A stretch of DNA of 64,000 nucleotides, taken from the NCBI GenBank assembly GCA_965228855.1, contig CBDDIJ010000002.1, positions 32,001-96,000 on the forward strand. The letters are read 5' to 3'. The notes under the pieces are model-generated. The model had not been told where the DNA came from and did not search any database. It was given only the letters and a program-made list of their open reading frames with translations. Below, piece after piece: positions 20,933-30,895 of the stretch (positions within the stretch are counted from its first letter, which is position 1; each line of letters begins with the position of its first letter). This DNA comes from Candidatus Obscuribacterales bacterium (GTDB taxonomy: Bacteria; Cyanobacteriota; Vampirovibrionia; Obscuribacterales; Obscuribacteraceae). A program made the position numbers and the translations under genes.

Positions 20933-20942
20933 CGTCTTAGCC

Positions 20943-21977
20943 TCAGCCGAGTTTCGGGCGGTCGGCGGCAGTCGCATCGAGGATGGCTGTGGAGATCACC
21001 GCGTCGATCTTCGGCGCTCCCGCCGAGAACTGTCCGAGCTGGTCGTAGAGATCGATCTGGGCCTGCCAGACCGCCGGGTCGAACGTGCCCCAGCCATTGG
21101 CGGCCGTTGTCGCGGTGAAGACGTGCGGGAGCAGAACGCCTGCGGCAGCGACTTCATCGGCCTTCACCAGGTTCGGGAAGTCCTTGAGCAGCAGGTCGAC
21201 CGCGGCTTCCGGATTGGCCTTGGCGTATTCCCAGCCACGGCCCGCCGCCTTGAGGAAGCCGGCCAGCACTTCCGGGCTCTTCTCGATGAAGTCGGTGGTG
21301 GCATAATACGGATTGGCGTAGAGCTGCACGCCCTGGTCCCACAGCTTCATCGCGATGCGATCCGGCCCGAGCACCGACAATGCCGTGGTGTTGGTCAGCC
21401 AGCCGGTGACCGCGTCGACCTGGCCGGTCAGCAGCGGCGCCATGTCGGCGCCGATGACGATGACCTCGACGTCGCTTTCCGGGATGTTGTGCTTCTTGAG
21501 CAGCGCCGACAGCAGGATCTTGCCGGTCGCCTGGATGCCGATCTTCTTGCCGACCATGTCCTGCGGCGTGTTGATCGGCTTGGCCGGCAGCGACACGAAG
21601 GCATAGGGGTGCTGCTGGGCGCAGACCGCGAACGACTTGACCGGGATGCTCTGCGAGGCCGCCAGCATGAGCGACGGGCTGGACGACACCTGGCCGATCT
21701 CGAAACGGCCGGACGCCACGATGGCGACGCCGTCGATGCTCGGACCACCCGGCTGGATCACGAAGTCGAGTTTTTCCTCCTCGAAATAGCCGAGGTGCTT
21801 GGCCGCGACTTCACCGAGCTGGTTACCGCCGCCCAGCCATCCGAGCTGCATGTTGATGGTCTTGGTACCCGACTGCGCGAACACGCCGCGCGTCAGGATG
21901 GTCGGCGTCGCAAGTGCGCCGGCGAGCGCGGCGCCGGATTTCAACAGGCTGCGGCGCGAGAAAGGTGCTGTCATCAT
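20943..21977 (-). CDS. NMT1/THI5-like ABC substrate-binding protein with Tat signal
   Basis: SRRSLLK Tat motif; MQLGW, GYFEEEKLD, PGGP, LLTGQVDA. Confidence 0.85.
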   Translation of the reverse strand: MMTAPFSRRSLLKSGAALAGALATPTILTRGVFAQSGTKTINMQLGWLGGGNQLGEVAAKHLGYFEEEKLDFVIQPGGPSIDGVAIVASGRFEIGQVSSSPSLMLAASQSIPVKSFAVCAQQHPYAFVSLPAKPINTPQDMVGKKIGIQATGKILLSALLKKHNIPESDVEVIVIGADMAPLLTGQVDAVTGWLTNTTALSVLGPDRIAMKLWDQGVQLYANPYYATTDFIEKSPEVLAGFLKAAGRGWEYAKANPEAAVDLLLKDFPNLVKADEVAAAGVLLPHVFTATTAANGWGTFDPAVWQAQIDLYDQLGQFSAGAPKIDAVISTAILDATAADRPKLG

Positions 21978-22184
21978 CGGAGTTCCCCTGAATGGCCGAC
22001 CAACTTCGGCTCGTTGCTTCGGATCAAGCATTCGTTGGCCTGCAGTTCACCATCCGGCGTGCAGGCAATAGCCATTTTCCGAAGATCGGAGTTGAGTTTA
22101 TGAGCGAGCGGCCGCACTCTGGAAGAACAAAATTTCGATAGTGGTGATGCCAATCCAGCATCACCCACGGGAGGCCGTCACCCA

Positions 22185-23111
22185 ATGCATGCCGTCGTTC
22201 TGCGCTACATCGACCAGGTCGCCCGCCTGGGCTCCATCCGCCGCGCCGCAGGCGCACTCAACGTCGCATCGTCGGCGGTAAACCGGCAGATCCTCAAGCT
22301 GGAGGCGGAAATCGGTACGCCGCTTTTCGAGCGCGTCGGCAATGGCGTCAGGCCGACGGCGGCGGGCGACTTCGTCATCCGCCACGCCCGCGACACGCTC
22401 GCAAAATGGCAGAACGTGCGCACCGACATCTCGGCGCTTGCCGGCGATGTCCACGGCGAGGTCCGCATCGTTTCGATCCCGGCGCCGATCGTCTCGATGA
22501 TCCCGCGCGCCATACAGGCAGCTTCGCGCAGCCATCCGCATATCGTCTTCCACGTCATCGACGCGGCGCCGAACCAGCATGCCGAGGAACTGCGCGCGGG
22601 CAGGCCCGACATCGCGCTGCAGTTCATCGACAAGCGCCAGAAGGGTTATCAGGTGATCGCCCGCATCAAGCTGAGGCTCGGCGCGGTGATGCGGCCAGAG
22701 CACCCGCTGGCCCGCCGCAAGGAACTGACGCTCACCGAATGCGCCGCCTATCCGGTGTGCATGCTGAGCGACCCGTGGATCCTCAACGCCACGGCCGAGG
22801 CGGAATTCACCCACAGCGGGGCGCAGTTCCGCACCGTTCTGCTCAGCAACTCGCTGGCGATGACGCGCGAAAGTCTGCTCGCCGGGCTCGGCATCGGCTT
22901 CTTCACGCCGACCGGTTTCGTCGAGGAACTGAAATCGGGGGAACTGGTGCATGTGCCGCTGGCCGAGCCGGAACTGTCGGCCAGCGAAATCGGACTGCTG
23001 ATCCATCGCGAACGGCAGTCGTCGCCGGCCGTGCGGGTGCTGGGCCAGCGCCTGATGGAGGAGTTCGAGTCGCTGCAGCGCGACATCGACCACATCGGCC
23101 AGCGCTCTTGA
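22185..23111 (+). CDS. LysR-family transcriptional regulator
   Basis: N-terminal HTH (GSIRRAAGALNVASSAVNRQILKLE...LFER); divergent from the ABC operon. Confidence 0.93.
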   Translation: MHAVVLRYIDQVARLGSIRRAAGALNVASSAVNRQILKLEAEIGTPLFERVGNGVRPTAAGDFVIRHARDTLAKWQNVRTDISALAGDVHGEVRIVSIPAPIVSMIPRAIQAASRSHPHIVFHVIDAAPNQHAEELRAGRPDIALQFIDKRQKGYQVIARIKLRLGAVMRPEHPLARRKELTLTECAAYPVCMLSDPWILNATAEAEFTHSGAQFRTVLLSNSLAMTRESLLAGLGIGFFTPTGFVEELKSGELVHVPLAEPELSASEIGLLIHRERQSSPAVRVLGQRLMEEFESLQRDIDHIGQRS

Positions 23112-23118
23112 GCCAGTC

Positions 23119-24108
23119 CTATCCGAGCCTGACCGGCTTGCCGGAAAAACAGGACTCGGTCGCGGCGTCGGCCAGCATCTGGGCGCGCAGCCCATCGTGT
23201 CCGGACGGCGACGGCGCCTTGCCGTTCTCGACCGCGTCGATGAACGCCTCGACCTCGTTGCGGTAGGCGGCGGCATAGCGTTCGAGGAAGAAGTTCTGCA
23301 CCGGATCGGCCGACACGCCGCCGGCGCCGGCAAAGGTGACCGTCGTCTCGAACACGTTTCCAGCCGACAGCATGCCCTTCGAGCCATGCACCTCGATGCG
23401 CTGGTCGTAGCCATAGGTGGCGCGGCGCGAGTTGGATATCTGGCATATCCTGCCGCTGGCGGTCTTCAGCAGCACCGCGGCGGTGTCGACGTCACCGGCC
23501 TGGCCGATCTCGGGGTCGACCAGCGACGAACCGACGGCGTGCACCTCCACCGGCTCCTCGCCGAGCAGGAACCGCGCCATGTCGAGATCGTGGATCATCA
23601 TGTCGCGGAACAGCCCGCCCGAACGCGCGACGTAGGAGGCCGGCGGCGGGGCCGGGTCGCGCGACAGGATGGTGACGAGTTCGACGTTGCCGGCCAGCCC
23701 GTCGTCGAGGCGTTTCTTCAGCGCCGCAAAATTGGGGTCGAAGCGGCGGTTGAAGCCGATCATCAGCGGCACGCCGGCCTTGGTGACGCGCGTCAGCGTC
23801 TTTTCGATGCGCTCCGAACTGAGGTCGACCGGTTTTTCGCACAGGATCGCCTTGCCGGCTGCGGCCGCCTTGTCGATGAAATCCGCATGGGTGTCGGTCG
23901 GCGTGGCGATCAGCACGGCATCGATACCCTCGTCGGAGAGCAGATCGTCGACCTCGCGCACCGGCGCTCCGGTGGCAGCCGACAGCGCCCGCGCGCCGTC
24001 GGGCAGCGGGTCGGCGATGCCGGCCAGCCTGGCGCGCGGCGACGCGGCGATGGCGCGGCCATGGATCTGCCCGATGCGGCCAGCGCCGAGCAATGCGATC
24101 GAAATCAT
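23119..24108 (-). CDS. iolG: myo-inositol 2-dehydrogenase
   Basis: GAGRIG, CEKP, GFNRRFDP, SGGLFRDMMIHD, YGYDQRIEV; adjacent to the iol operon. Confidence 0.93.
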   Translation of the reverse strand: MISIALLGAGRIGQIHGRAIAASPRARLAGIADPLPDGARALSAATGAPVREVDDLLSDEGIDAVLIATPTDTHADFIDKAAAAGKAILCEKPVDLSSERIEKTLTRVTKAGVPLMIGFNRRFDPNFAALKKRLDDGLAGNVELVTILSRDPAPPPASYVARSGGLFRDMMIHDLDMARFLLGEEPVEVHAVGSSLVDPEIGQAGDVDTAAVLLKTASGRICQISNSRRATYGYDQRIEVHGSKGMLSAGNVFETTVTFAGAGGVSADPVQNFFLERYAAAYRNEVEAFIDAVENGKAPSPSGHDGLRAQMLADAATESCFSGKPVRLG

Positions 24109-24145
24109 CTCTACATTCCCTTCCCGAAACAGGCACGATTCAAAA

Positions 24146-24193
24146 CAGAATAAACATTCCAGATTGACCAATCAATGGAATTTGTGTTTCATT
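24146..24193. promoter_or_regulatory. Putative IolR operators in the iolG/iolC divergent promoter region
   Basis: cagaataaacattccag (24146-24162) and aatggaatttgtgtttcatt (24174-24193) resemble the rhizobial GGAA-Nx-TTCC IolR motif and flank TTGACC at 24164. Confidence 0.55.
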
Positions 24194-24263
24194 CTTGAGC
24201 CCGAAGCCGCACCGTGCGAAGTCTTCAATCACAGCTTCACGAGCCCGCACATAGAGGGGCCGC

Positions 24264-26186
24264 ATGTCAAGGGAGGACCCCGTGCTCGACGTCATCACCA
24301 TGGGGCGCGCTTCCGTCGACCTCTACGGCCAGCAAATCGGCAGTCGGCTCGAGGATGTCACCTCCTTTGCCAAGTCTGTGGGCGGGTGCCCGGCCAACAT
24401 CGCCATCGGCACCGCGCGTCTCGGTCTGAAGTCGGCTATCATCACCCGCGTCGGCGACGAACAGATGGGCCGGTTCATCCGCGAGCAGATGTTGCGCGAA
24501 GGCGTCTCCGACCGGGGTATCGTAACCGACCGGGAAAGGCTGACCGCATTGGCCATCCTGTCCGTCGAGAGCGACCGCAGCTTTCCGCTGCTCTTTTACC
24601 GTGAGAACTGCGCCGACATGGCCCTGTGCGAGACAGATGTCGACGCGGCATTCGTGGCTTCGGCGCGCGCGCTGGTGGTCACAGGCACGCACTTCTCGCG
24701 ACCCGGCACCGACGCGGCGCAGCGCAAGGCGATACGGCTCATCAAGGCTGCCGGTGGGAAGGTCGTCCTCGACATCGACTACCGGCCGAACCTCTGGGGA
24801 CTGGCCGGCCACGCGGCCGGCGACAGTCGCTACATCGCGTCCGAGACCGTTTCCAACCACATGAAGACCGTGCTCGCCGACTGCGACCTCATCGTCGGCA
24901 CCGAGGAAGAGGTGCTGATCGCATCCGGTGAAAGCGATCTTTTGCCGGCTCTGAAGACGATCCGGGCTCTGTCCACCGCGACCATCGTGCTGAAGCGCGG
25001 TCCGATGGGCTGCATCGTCTATGACGGCGCGATCTCCGACGACCTGGAGGACGGCATCGTCGGCACCGGTTTCCCGATCGAAGTCTACAACGTGCTCGGC
25101 GCCGGCGATGCCTTCATGTCGGGTTTCCTGCGCGGCTGGCTGGGCGGCGAGAGCCTGCGGACGGCGGCGACCTTCGCCAACGCGTCGGGAGCCTTCGCGG
25201 TTTCGCGCCTGCTCTGCTCGCCCGAGATCCCGACCTTCGAGGAACTGCAGTTCTTCCTGAAGAACGGTAGCCCGCACCATGCGCTGCGCAAGGACGAGGC
25301 GATCAACCATGTCCATTGGGCAACCACGCGCCGGCGCGCCGTCCCCTCGCTGATGGCGCTCGCCGTGGACCATCGTGGGCAACTGGAAGAGATCGCCGCC
25401 CGCGTGGGCGCGCCGGCAGGCCGGATCGGCGACTTCAAGGTGCTGGCGGTGAAGGCGGCGGCGCGCATCGCCGGCGGCCGCGACGGCTACGGCATGCTCA
25501 TCGACGAAAAATACGGCCGCGCCGCGATGTTCGAATACGCCCGTCATTCCTTCGCCTGGCTGGGCCGGCCAGTCGAATTGCCGGGCTCGCGCCCGCTGCG
25601 TTTCGAGTTCGGCCAGGACATCGGCTCGCAACTCGCCGAGTGGCCGGTGGATCATTGCATCAAATGCCTGTGCTTCTACCATCCCGACGACCCGCCGGCG
25701 CTGAAGCAACAACAGCAGGAAAAGCTTCGGGCGCTTTTCGAAGCAGCCCGCAAGGTCGGCCGCGAATTGCTGATCGAGATCATCGCCGGCAAGCACGGGA
25801 CGCTAGCCGAGGACACCATCCCACGCGCCCTGGAAGAGCTCTATGCACTCGGCATCAGGCCCGACTGGTGGAAGCTCGAGCCGCAGGCCTCGGCCGCGGC
25901 ATGGCGCGAGATCGAGACGGTGATCGCCCGCAACGACCCGTGGTGCCGGGGCGTCGTGCTGCTCGGCCTCGAAGCGCCGCATGACGAACTGGAAGCGGCA
26001 TTCGCCGCCACCGCCGACGCGCCGATCGTCAAGGGATTCGCCGTCGGCCGGACGATCTTCATGGACGCGGCGGAAGCCTGGCTCGCCGGCAGGATCGGCG
26101 ACGACCCCGCGGTCGACGCCATGGCCGAGCGTTTCGGCCGGCTGACCGAGGCCTGGCTTGCAGCGCGCGGGCGCAAGGCGGCATAG
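24264..26186 (+). CDS. iolC: 5-dehydro-2-deoxygluconokinase with C-terminal aldolase-like (DUF2090) domain
   Basis: MGRASVDLYG, DIDYRPNLW, NVLGAGDAF, PDWWKLEP, KGFAVGRTIF. Confidence 0.95.
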   Translation: MSREDPVLDVITMGRASVDLYGQQIGSRLEDVTSFAKSVGGCPANIAIGTARLGLKSAIITRVGDEQMGRFIREQMLREGVSDRGIVTDRERLTALAILSVESDRSFPLLFYRENCADMALCETDVDAAFVASARALVVTGTHFSRPGTDAAQRKAIRLIKAAGGKVVLDIDYRPNLWGLAGHAAGDSRYIASETVSNHMKTVLADCDLIVGTEEEVLIASGESDLLPALKTIRALSTATIVLKRGPMGCIVYDGAISDDLEDGIVGTGFPIEVYNVLGAGDAFMSGFLRGWLGGESLRTAATFANASGAFAVSRLLCSPEIPTFEELQFFLKNGSPHHALRKDEAINHVHWATTRRRAVPSLMALAVDHRGQLEEIAARVGAPAGRIGDFKVLAVKAAARIAGGRDGYGMLIDEKYGRAAMFEYARHSFAWLGRPVELPGSRPLRFEFGQDIGSQLAEWPVDHCIKCLCFYHPDDPPALKQQQQEKLRALFEAARKVGRELLIEIIAGKHGTLAEDTIPRALEELYALGIRPDWWKLEPQASAAAWREIETVIARNDPWCRGVVLLGLEAPHDELEAAFAATADAPIVKGFAVGRTIFMDAAEAWLAGRIGDDPAVDAMAERFGRLTEAWLAARGRKAA

Positions 26187-26208
26187 TCCAGCGCGGAGGA
26201 GCAGAAAA

Positions 26209-28059
26209 ATGACCACCACGATCCGCCTGACCATGGCGCAGGCGCTGACCCGCTACCTGTCGCGCCAGATGACCGAGATCGACGGCGAACGCGTGCCGCT
26301 GTTCGGCGGCGTCTGGGCGATCTTCGGCCACGGCAACGTCGCCGGCATCGGCGAGGCGCTGTACCAGGTGCGCGACGAACTGCCGACCTTCCGCGCCCAC
26401 AACGAGCAAGGCATGGCGCATGCGGCAATCGCCTACGCCAAGGCACATTTCCGCCGCCGGATGATGGCGGCGACGACCTCGATCGGACCAGGCGCGGTGA
26501 ACATGGTCACGGCGGCGGCGCTGGCGCATGTCAACCGGCTGCCGGTGCTGCTGCTGCCCGGCGACGTGTTCGCCAACAGGGTTCCCGACCCGGTGCTGCA
26601 GCAGGTGGAAAGCTTCGGCGACGGCACCGTCTCGGTGAACGACTGCTTCCGCCCGGTGTCGCGCTATTTCGACCGCATCACCCGACCCGAGCAGATCATC
26701 CCGGCGCTGGCGCGGGCGATGCAGGTGCTGACCGATCCTGCCGAATGCGGGCCGGTGACGCTGGCGCTGTGCCAGGACGTACAGGCGGAGGCCTGGGACT
26801 ACCCGGCAAGTTTCTTCGACGAGGCGGTCCACACGATCCGCCGGCCACGGCCGGATCTTGCCGAGCTGAAGCGCACGGCGACGCTGCTGAAGAAGGCGAA
26901 GAAGCCGCTGATCGTCGCCGGCGGCGGCGTGCTCTATTCCGGCGCGTCCGCCGTGCTGGCGAAATTCTCGGCCGCGACCGGCATCCCGGTGGCGGAGACG
27001 CAGGGCGGCAAGTCCTCCCTGCCCGACGACGACGCGCTCAACATGGCGGCGATCGGCGTGACCGGCACTTCCGCCGCCAACCGGCTGGCCGAGGAGGCCG
27101 ATCTGGTGCTCGCCGTCGGCACACGGCTGCAAGACTTTACCACCGGTTCGTGGGCGCTGTTCAAGAACGAGGGCAAGACGATCGTCGGCCTCAACGTCCA
27201 GCCCTTCGATGCCGGCAAGCACAAGGCGGTGACGCTGGTCGCAGACGCGCGCGAGGGGCTGAAAGAACTCGCCGCCGCCATCGATGGCTGGACGGCGCCG
27301 GCGGCGTGGACCGCCAATGCGAAAAAGGGCAAGGCGGAGTGGCGCAAGGCAGCGGCGCAGGCCACCGCCGCGACCAATGCGGCGCTGCCTTCCGACGCGC
27401 AGGTGATCGGCGCGGTGCAGCGGGCGACGGGCAGCGGCGTGACGTTGCTCAACGCCGCCGGCGGGTTGCCCGGCGAGTTGCACAAGCTCTGGCAGGCCAG
27501 GTCGCCCGGCTCCTATCATGCAGAATACGGCTTCTCGACCATGGGCTACGAGATCGCCGGCGGGCTCGGGGTCAAGATGGCAAAGCCCGACCGCGACGTC
27601 ATCGTCATGGTCGGCGACGGCTCGTACCTGATGCTCAACTCGGAGCTGGCGACCTCGGTGATGCTCGGACTGAAGCTCACCATCGTGCTGCTCGACAATC
27701 GCGGTTACGGCTGCATCAACCGGCTGCAGATGGCGACCGGCGGCGCCAGCTTCAACAACCTGCTGAAGGACACCCGCCACGCGACCTTGCCGGAGATCGA
27801 CTTCGTCGCCCATGCCCGGAGCCTCGGCGCGATCGCCGAGAAGGCGGCATCCATCGCCGACCTCGAAGCCGCGCTGAAGAAGGCAAGGACGAACGACCGC
27901 ACGACGCTGATCCTCATCGACACAGACCCGCTGGCCTCGACAGATGCCGGCGGCCACTGGTGGGACGTCGCGGTGCCGGCGGTGAGTTCCCGCAAGCAGG
28001 TCAAGGCGGCGCGCAGGGAGTATGAGCGTAAGCTGAAGCTGCAGCGGGTGGGAGACTAG
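26209..28059 (+). CDS. iolD: 3D-(3,5/4)-trihydroxycyclohexane-1,2-dione acylhydrolase
   Basis: IRLTMAQAL, IFGHGNVAG, HNEQGMAH, TPP motif GDGSYLM...DNRGYGCI, WWDV. Confidence 0.96.
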   Translation: MTTTIRLTMAQALTRYLSRQMTEIDGERVPLFGGVWAIFGHGNVAGIGEALYQVRDELPTFRAHNEQGMAHAAIAYAKAHFRRRMMAATTSIGPGAVNMVTAAALAHVNRLPVLLLPGDVFANRVPDPVLQQVESFGDGTVSVNDCFRPVSRYFDRITRPEQIIPALARAMQVLTDPAECGPVTLALCQDVQAEAWDYPASFFDEAVHTIRRPRPDLAELKRTATLLKKAKKPLIVAGGGVLYSGASAVLAKFSAATGIPVAETQGGKSSLPDDDALNMAAIGVTGTSAANRLAEEADLVLAVGTRLQDFTTGSWALFKNEGKTIVGLNVQPFDAGKHKAVTLVADAREGLKELAAAIDGWTAPAAWTANAKKGKAEWRKAAAQATAATNAALPSDAQVIGAVQRATGSGVTLLNAAGGLPGELHKLWQARSPGSYHAEYGFSTMGYEIAGGLGVKMAKPDRDVIVMVGDGSYLMLNSELATSVMLGLKLTIVLLDNRGYGCINRLQMATGGASFNNLLKDTRHATLPEIDFVAHARSLGAIAEKAASIADLEAALKKARTNDRTTLILIDTDPLASTDAGGHWWDVAVPAVSSRKQVKAARREYERKLKLQRVGD

Positions 28060-28075
28060 CATTGTCGCCTTTCGT

Positions 28076-28203
28076 CCCCTCCACCACGCTTCGCGTGATC
28101 CCCCTCCCCCGCTTCGCAGGGGAGGATCCAGTTCGCGGCCGGCCGCTTCGCGGGTCCTCCCCCGTTTACGGGGGAGGGGGACCGCCGGAGGCGGTGGAGG
28201 GGG
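28076..28203. repeat. Alphaproteobacterial intergenic palindromic repeat (two inverted units)
   Basis: cccctccaccacgcttcgcgtgatccccctcccccgcttcgcaggggagga and an inverted partner tcctcccccgtttacgggggagggggaccgccggaggcggtggagggg. Confidence 0.75.
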
Positions 28204-28227
28204 CATGACGGCGCGAAGGAGAGCAGC

Positions 28228-29145
28228 TTGAAAGCAAAACTCGGCATGTCCCCCATCGCGTGGTGGAACGACGATCTCGCCGAACTTTCCGACGACGTCT
28301 CGCTGGAAGAATGCCTACGGCAATCGCGCTCGGCGGGTTTCACCGGCATGGAGATGGGCCGGCGCTTCCCGAGCGACCCTGCAGTGATGCTGCCGATTCT
28401 CAAGGCGGCCGACGTGACGCTGTGCGGCGGCTGGTTCTCCGGAACGCTGGTGAACGAGGACCTCGCCGCCAACAAGGACCGCATCCAGCCGATGATCGAG
28501 CTGTTCAAGTCGGTCGACGCGCCGTGCATCGTCTATGGCGAGGTCGGGCGGTCGATCCAGGGCGACCGCTCGAAACCACTCGCCACCAAGCCGAAACTCG
28601 CCGACGACGAGATGAAGGCCTATGCGCGCAAGGCGACCGAGTTCGGCGAATGGTGCGCGGAACAGGGCATGCCGCTCGCTTACCACCACCACATGGCCGC
28701 GGTGGTCGAGACCGAGCCGGAGCTCGACGCGTTCATGCGCCATTCCGGCGACGGCATCCCGCTGCTGCTCGACGCCGGCCACCTGGCGTTCGCCGGCGGC
28801 GACGTGCTGGCGGCGATCGACAAGCATCACAAGCGCATCAATCATGTGCATGTTAAGGACATCCGCCGCGCGGTGATCCACGGCCTCGACCACTCGAAGC
28901 AATCCTTCCTCGACGCCGTGGCGCTGGGAGCCTTCACCGTGCCGGGCGACGGCTCGCTCGATTTCGGCGCCATCGTCCAGCGCTTCGCCGACCACGGCTA
29001 CGAAGGCTGGTTCGTGGTCGAGGCCGAGCAGGACCCGCGCAAGAACCCGCCGCTCCGGATGGCCGAGGTCGGCCACAAGGAACTGATGCGGGTGATGACC
29101 GCCGCAGGCTATACCGTCGAGACCCAGGGGTTCCCCGCGACGTGA
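28228..29145 (+). CDS. iolE: myo-inosose-2 dehydratase
   Basis: SPIAWWNDDL, YHHHM, DAGH, HVHVKD, FTVPGDG, VEAEQDP; TTG start after aggag. Confidence 0.95.
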   Translation: MKAKLGMSPIAWWNDDLAELSDDVSLEECLRQSRSAGFTGMEMGRRFPSDPAVMLPILKAADVTLCGGWFSGTLVNEDLAANKDRIQPMIELFKSVDAPCIVYGEVGRSIQGDRSKPLATKPKLADDEMKAYARKATEFGEWCAEQGMPLAYHHHMAAVVETEPELDAFMRHSGDGIPLLLDAGHLAFAGGDVLAAIDKHHKRINHVHVKDIRRAVIHGLDHSKQSFLDAVALGAFTVPGDGSLDFGAIVQRFADHGYEGWFVVEAEQDPRKNPPLRMAEVGHKELMRVMTAAGYTVETQGFPAT

Positions 29146-29152
29146 GGCCGAA

Positions 29153-29371
29153 ATGACCCCCGACAACGAAAATCCGTTCTTCCAGCCATTGTGGCGGCGC
29201 ATCGCCATCGTGGCGGTGTGTTTCGGCTGGGCGATTTTCGAATTTTCCACCAACGCACCGTTCTGGGGAACGATTGCGCTGGGTTTCGGCGCCTATGGCA
29301 TCTGGCAGTTCTTCATCGCCTGGAAACCACGGGCCGACAACGCCGCGCCGAACGATCCCGGTAAGGAGTGA
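29153..29371 (+). CDS. Small two-TM membrane protein (DUF3329-like)
   Basis: PFFQPLWRRIAIV...W..FE; position between iolE and iolB. Confidence 0.65.
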   Translation: MTPDNENPFFQPLWRRIAIVAVCFGWAIFEFSTNAPFWGTIALGFGAYGIWQFFIAWKPRADNAAPNDPGKE

Positions 29372-29376
29372 GAAAC

Positions 29377-29538
29377 ATGTCGAAACTGCTGGTGAAACCG
29401 AGCGGCAGGCATGGCCGCGTCAACCATGTGACGCCGCAAAGCGCCGGCTGGACCTATGTCGGCTTCGACCTGCATCGCCTCAGGCCCGGCGAGACGGCGG
29501 CATCGGAAATCATTCACGATTGGACGCGCAAACCCTGA
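29377..29538 (+). pseudogene. iolB: 5-deoxy-glucuronate isomerase, truncated at the junction near 29,510
   Basis: RBS aaggag then ATG; reads MSKLLVKPSGRHGRVNHVTPQSAGWTYVGFDLHRLRPGETAASE, then unrelated sequence and TGA. Not in the supplied ORF track. Confidence 0.88.
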
Positions 29539-30277
29539 CCCCAACTGGAATTGGCCGGAACCACCCATGCTGTTCCACTGGCAAAAGGTTCCATCATCCA
29601 TCGGCGAAACAGCCGCGACCTTGCTCTGGCTGCGGCAGTACGACGAAGCGTTCAAGTATGCGACCGGTAAAGTTCCGCAAGAAATCAAAGCCTGGGTCCT
29701 GTTGAAACAAGGTCAGACTCTCAAAGCCAACGCCAACGCATCCGTCAATCTTGAGGGGCACCCGCAACAGACACCTCGCTGGAGGTTCGCATTCCCACTG
29801 GCATACGGCAATATCATCGAGCGCGAAGCACGCAAAAACAATCTCGATCCGCTTCTGATTCATGGACTCATCCGCCAGGAGTCTCGTTACGATTACAAGG
29901 CGCTGAGCCGATCCAACGCGATGGGTTTAATGCAATTATTGAAGGGCACCGCCTATGGTGTCGCCAAACATAATGGCATCACGCTCAACGCAACCGAAGA
30001 TATCTTCACACCCGACATCAACATCCGGCTCGGAACCGCCTATGTTGCCTCGGTCTTGAAGCGAGCCAACAATAACGCCATGCTCGCAGTGGCGAGCTAC
30101 AACGGCGGTCCAAACGCCGTCGCCAGGTGGCTTAAACAGCACCAGGCGCAGGGCATCTCAGACATGGACGTCTACGTCGAAAACATCCCGTACGATGAGA
30201 CACGCGATTACGTTCGCAAAGTGTTCTCGCATTACTGGAACTACGAACAGCTCTACCTGCATCAACACAAAAACTAA
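29510..30277 (+). CDS. Slt-family lytic transglycosylase, C-terminal part only (5' end lost at the junction)
   Basis: IRQESRY (catalytic Glu), AMGLMQL, NIRLGTAY, SYNGGP, IPYDETRDYVRKV. Confidence 0.88.
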   Translation, partial: SFTIGRANPDPNWNWPEPPMLFHWQKVPSSIGETAATLLWLRQYDEAFKYATGKVPQEIKAWVLLKQGQTLKANANASVNLEGHPQQTPRWRFAFPLAYGNIIEREARKNNLDPLLIHGLIRQESRYDYKALSRSNAMGLMQLLKGTAYGVAKHNGITLNATEDIFTPDINIRLGTAYVASVLKRANNNAMLAVASYNGGPNAVARWLKQHQAQGISDMDVYVENIPYDETRDYVRKVFSHYWNYEQLYLHQHKN

Positions 30278-30291
30278 CTCGCCCGCCCCGA

Positions 30292-30382
30292 GACCGGCAC
30301 TATCAGCTCCGCCTCGCGGCCGCAACTGCCTAGCTCAGCGACCGGCACTATCAGCTCCGCTCCGCGACAGCCACGGCCTAGC
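30292..30382. repeat. Two-copy imperfect 48-bp tandem repeat
   Basis: gaccggcactatcagctccgc at 30292 and 30340; each unit continues to gcctagc. Confidence 0.75.
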
Positions 30383-30497
30383 GCTATCGCTTTGCGCAGA
30401 AAATCTAACCCACAGCAGTCCAGCAAACAAAAAACGCGGCATCTAATGAACCGCGTTTCGAGTGCCACCACGGGCGGGGCACGAACATTTGTATAAA

Positions 30498-30710
30498 CTA
30501 GCTTAGAGCTGGGTTCTCATCGCGCTTCGTGTCATTTTGACTGAAGCCAAGTACCTTCGCCCAAACATTGCCCTTACGGTTCAATGACTTCGACTCTTGC
30601 TCCACAGGCGCACTGGCAGCCGATTTCGGCACTTCATACCCGCACGTGTGGCAAGTTCTGCGATTGCCTGGGACTTTAAAATTACAACGCGGGCATAGAA
30701 AGTACTGCAT
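30498..30710 (-). CDS. Small zinc-ribbon protein
   Basis: CPRC...CHTCG at the N-terminus; gagg upstream of the ATG. Confidence 0.6.
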   Translation of the reverse strand: MQYFLCPRCNFKVPGNRRTCHTCGYEVPKSAASAPVEQESKSLNRKGNVWAKVLGFSQNDTKRDENPALS

Positions 30711-30895
30711 AGTAAACCTCTCATTCTATTCGCAGTATAACACCGGAAAATCAAGCAGGGAAGCGAGCTCTCACAAATCTATCGGGATTTCGAAAATTTT
30801 TTACCTGTAGCTAACTTTCCCAAAAACCGTCCGATAAAATCCCCTGACATGCTATTTTGTTCAACAATTTCAGAAACAACGAAGGTCCGCAGCGC

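Noticed and set aside
28076..28203. Novel structured RNA between iolD and iolE
   Set aside because: It matches the familiar alphaproteobacterial intergenic palindromic repeat pattern, so it is listed as a repeat feature.
29456..29510. ORF-track N-terminus (MSASTCIASG...) of the transglycosylase
   Set aside because: It is an out-of-frame reading of iolB upstream of the junction, not a real start.
29400..29600. Genomic island or prophage integrated into iolB
   Set aside because: No integrase or att repeat, iolB does not resume, the incoming sequence starts mid-gene, and it carries housekeeping genes such as deoB and PNP.
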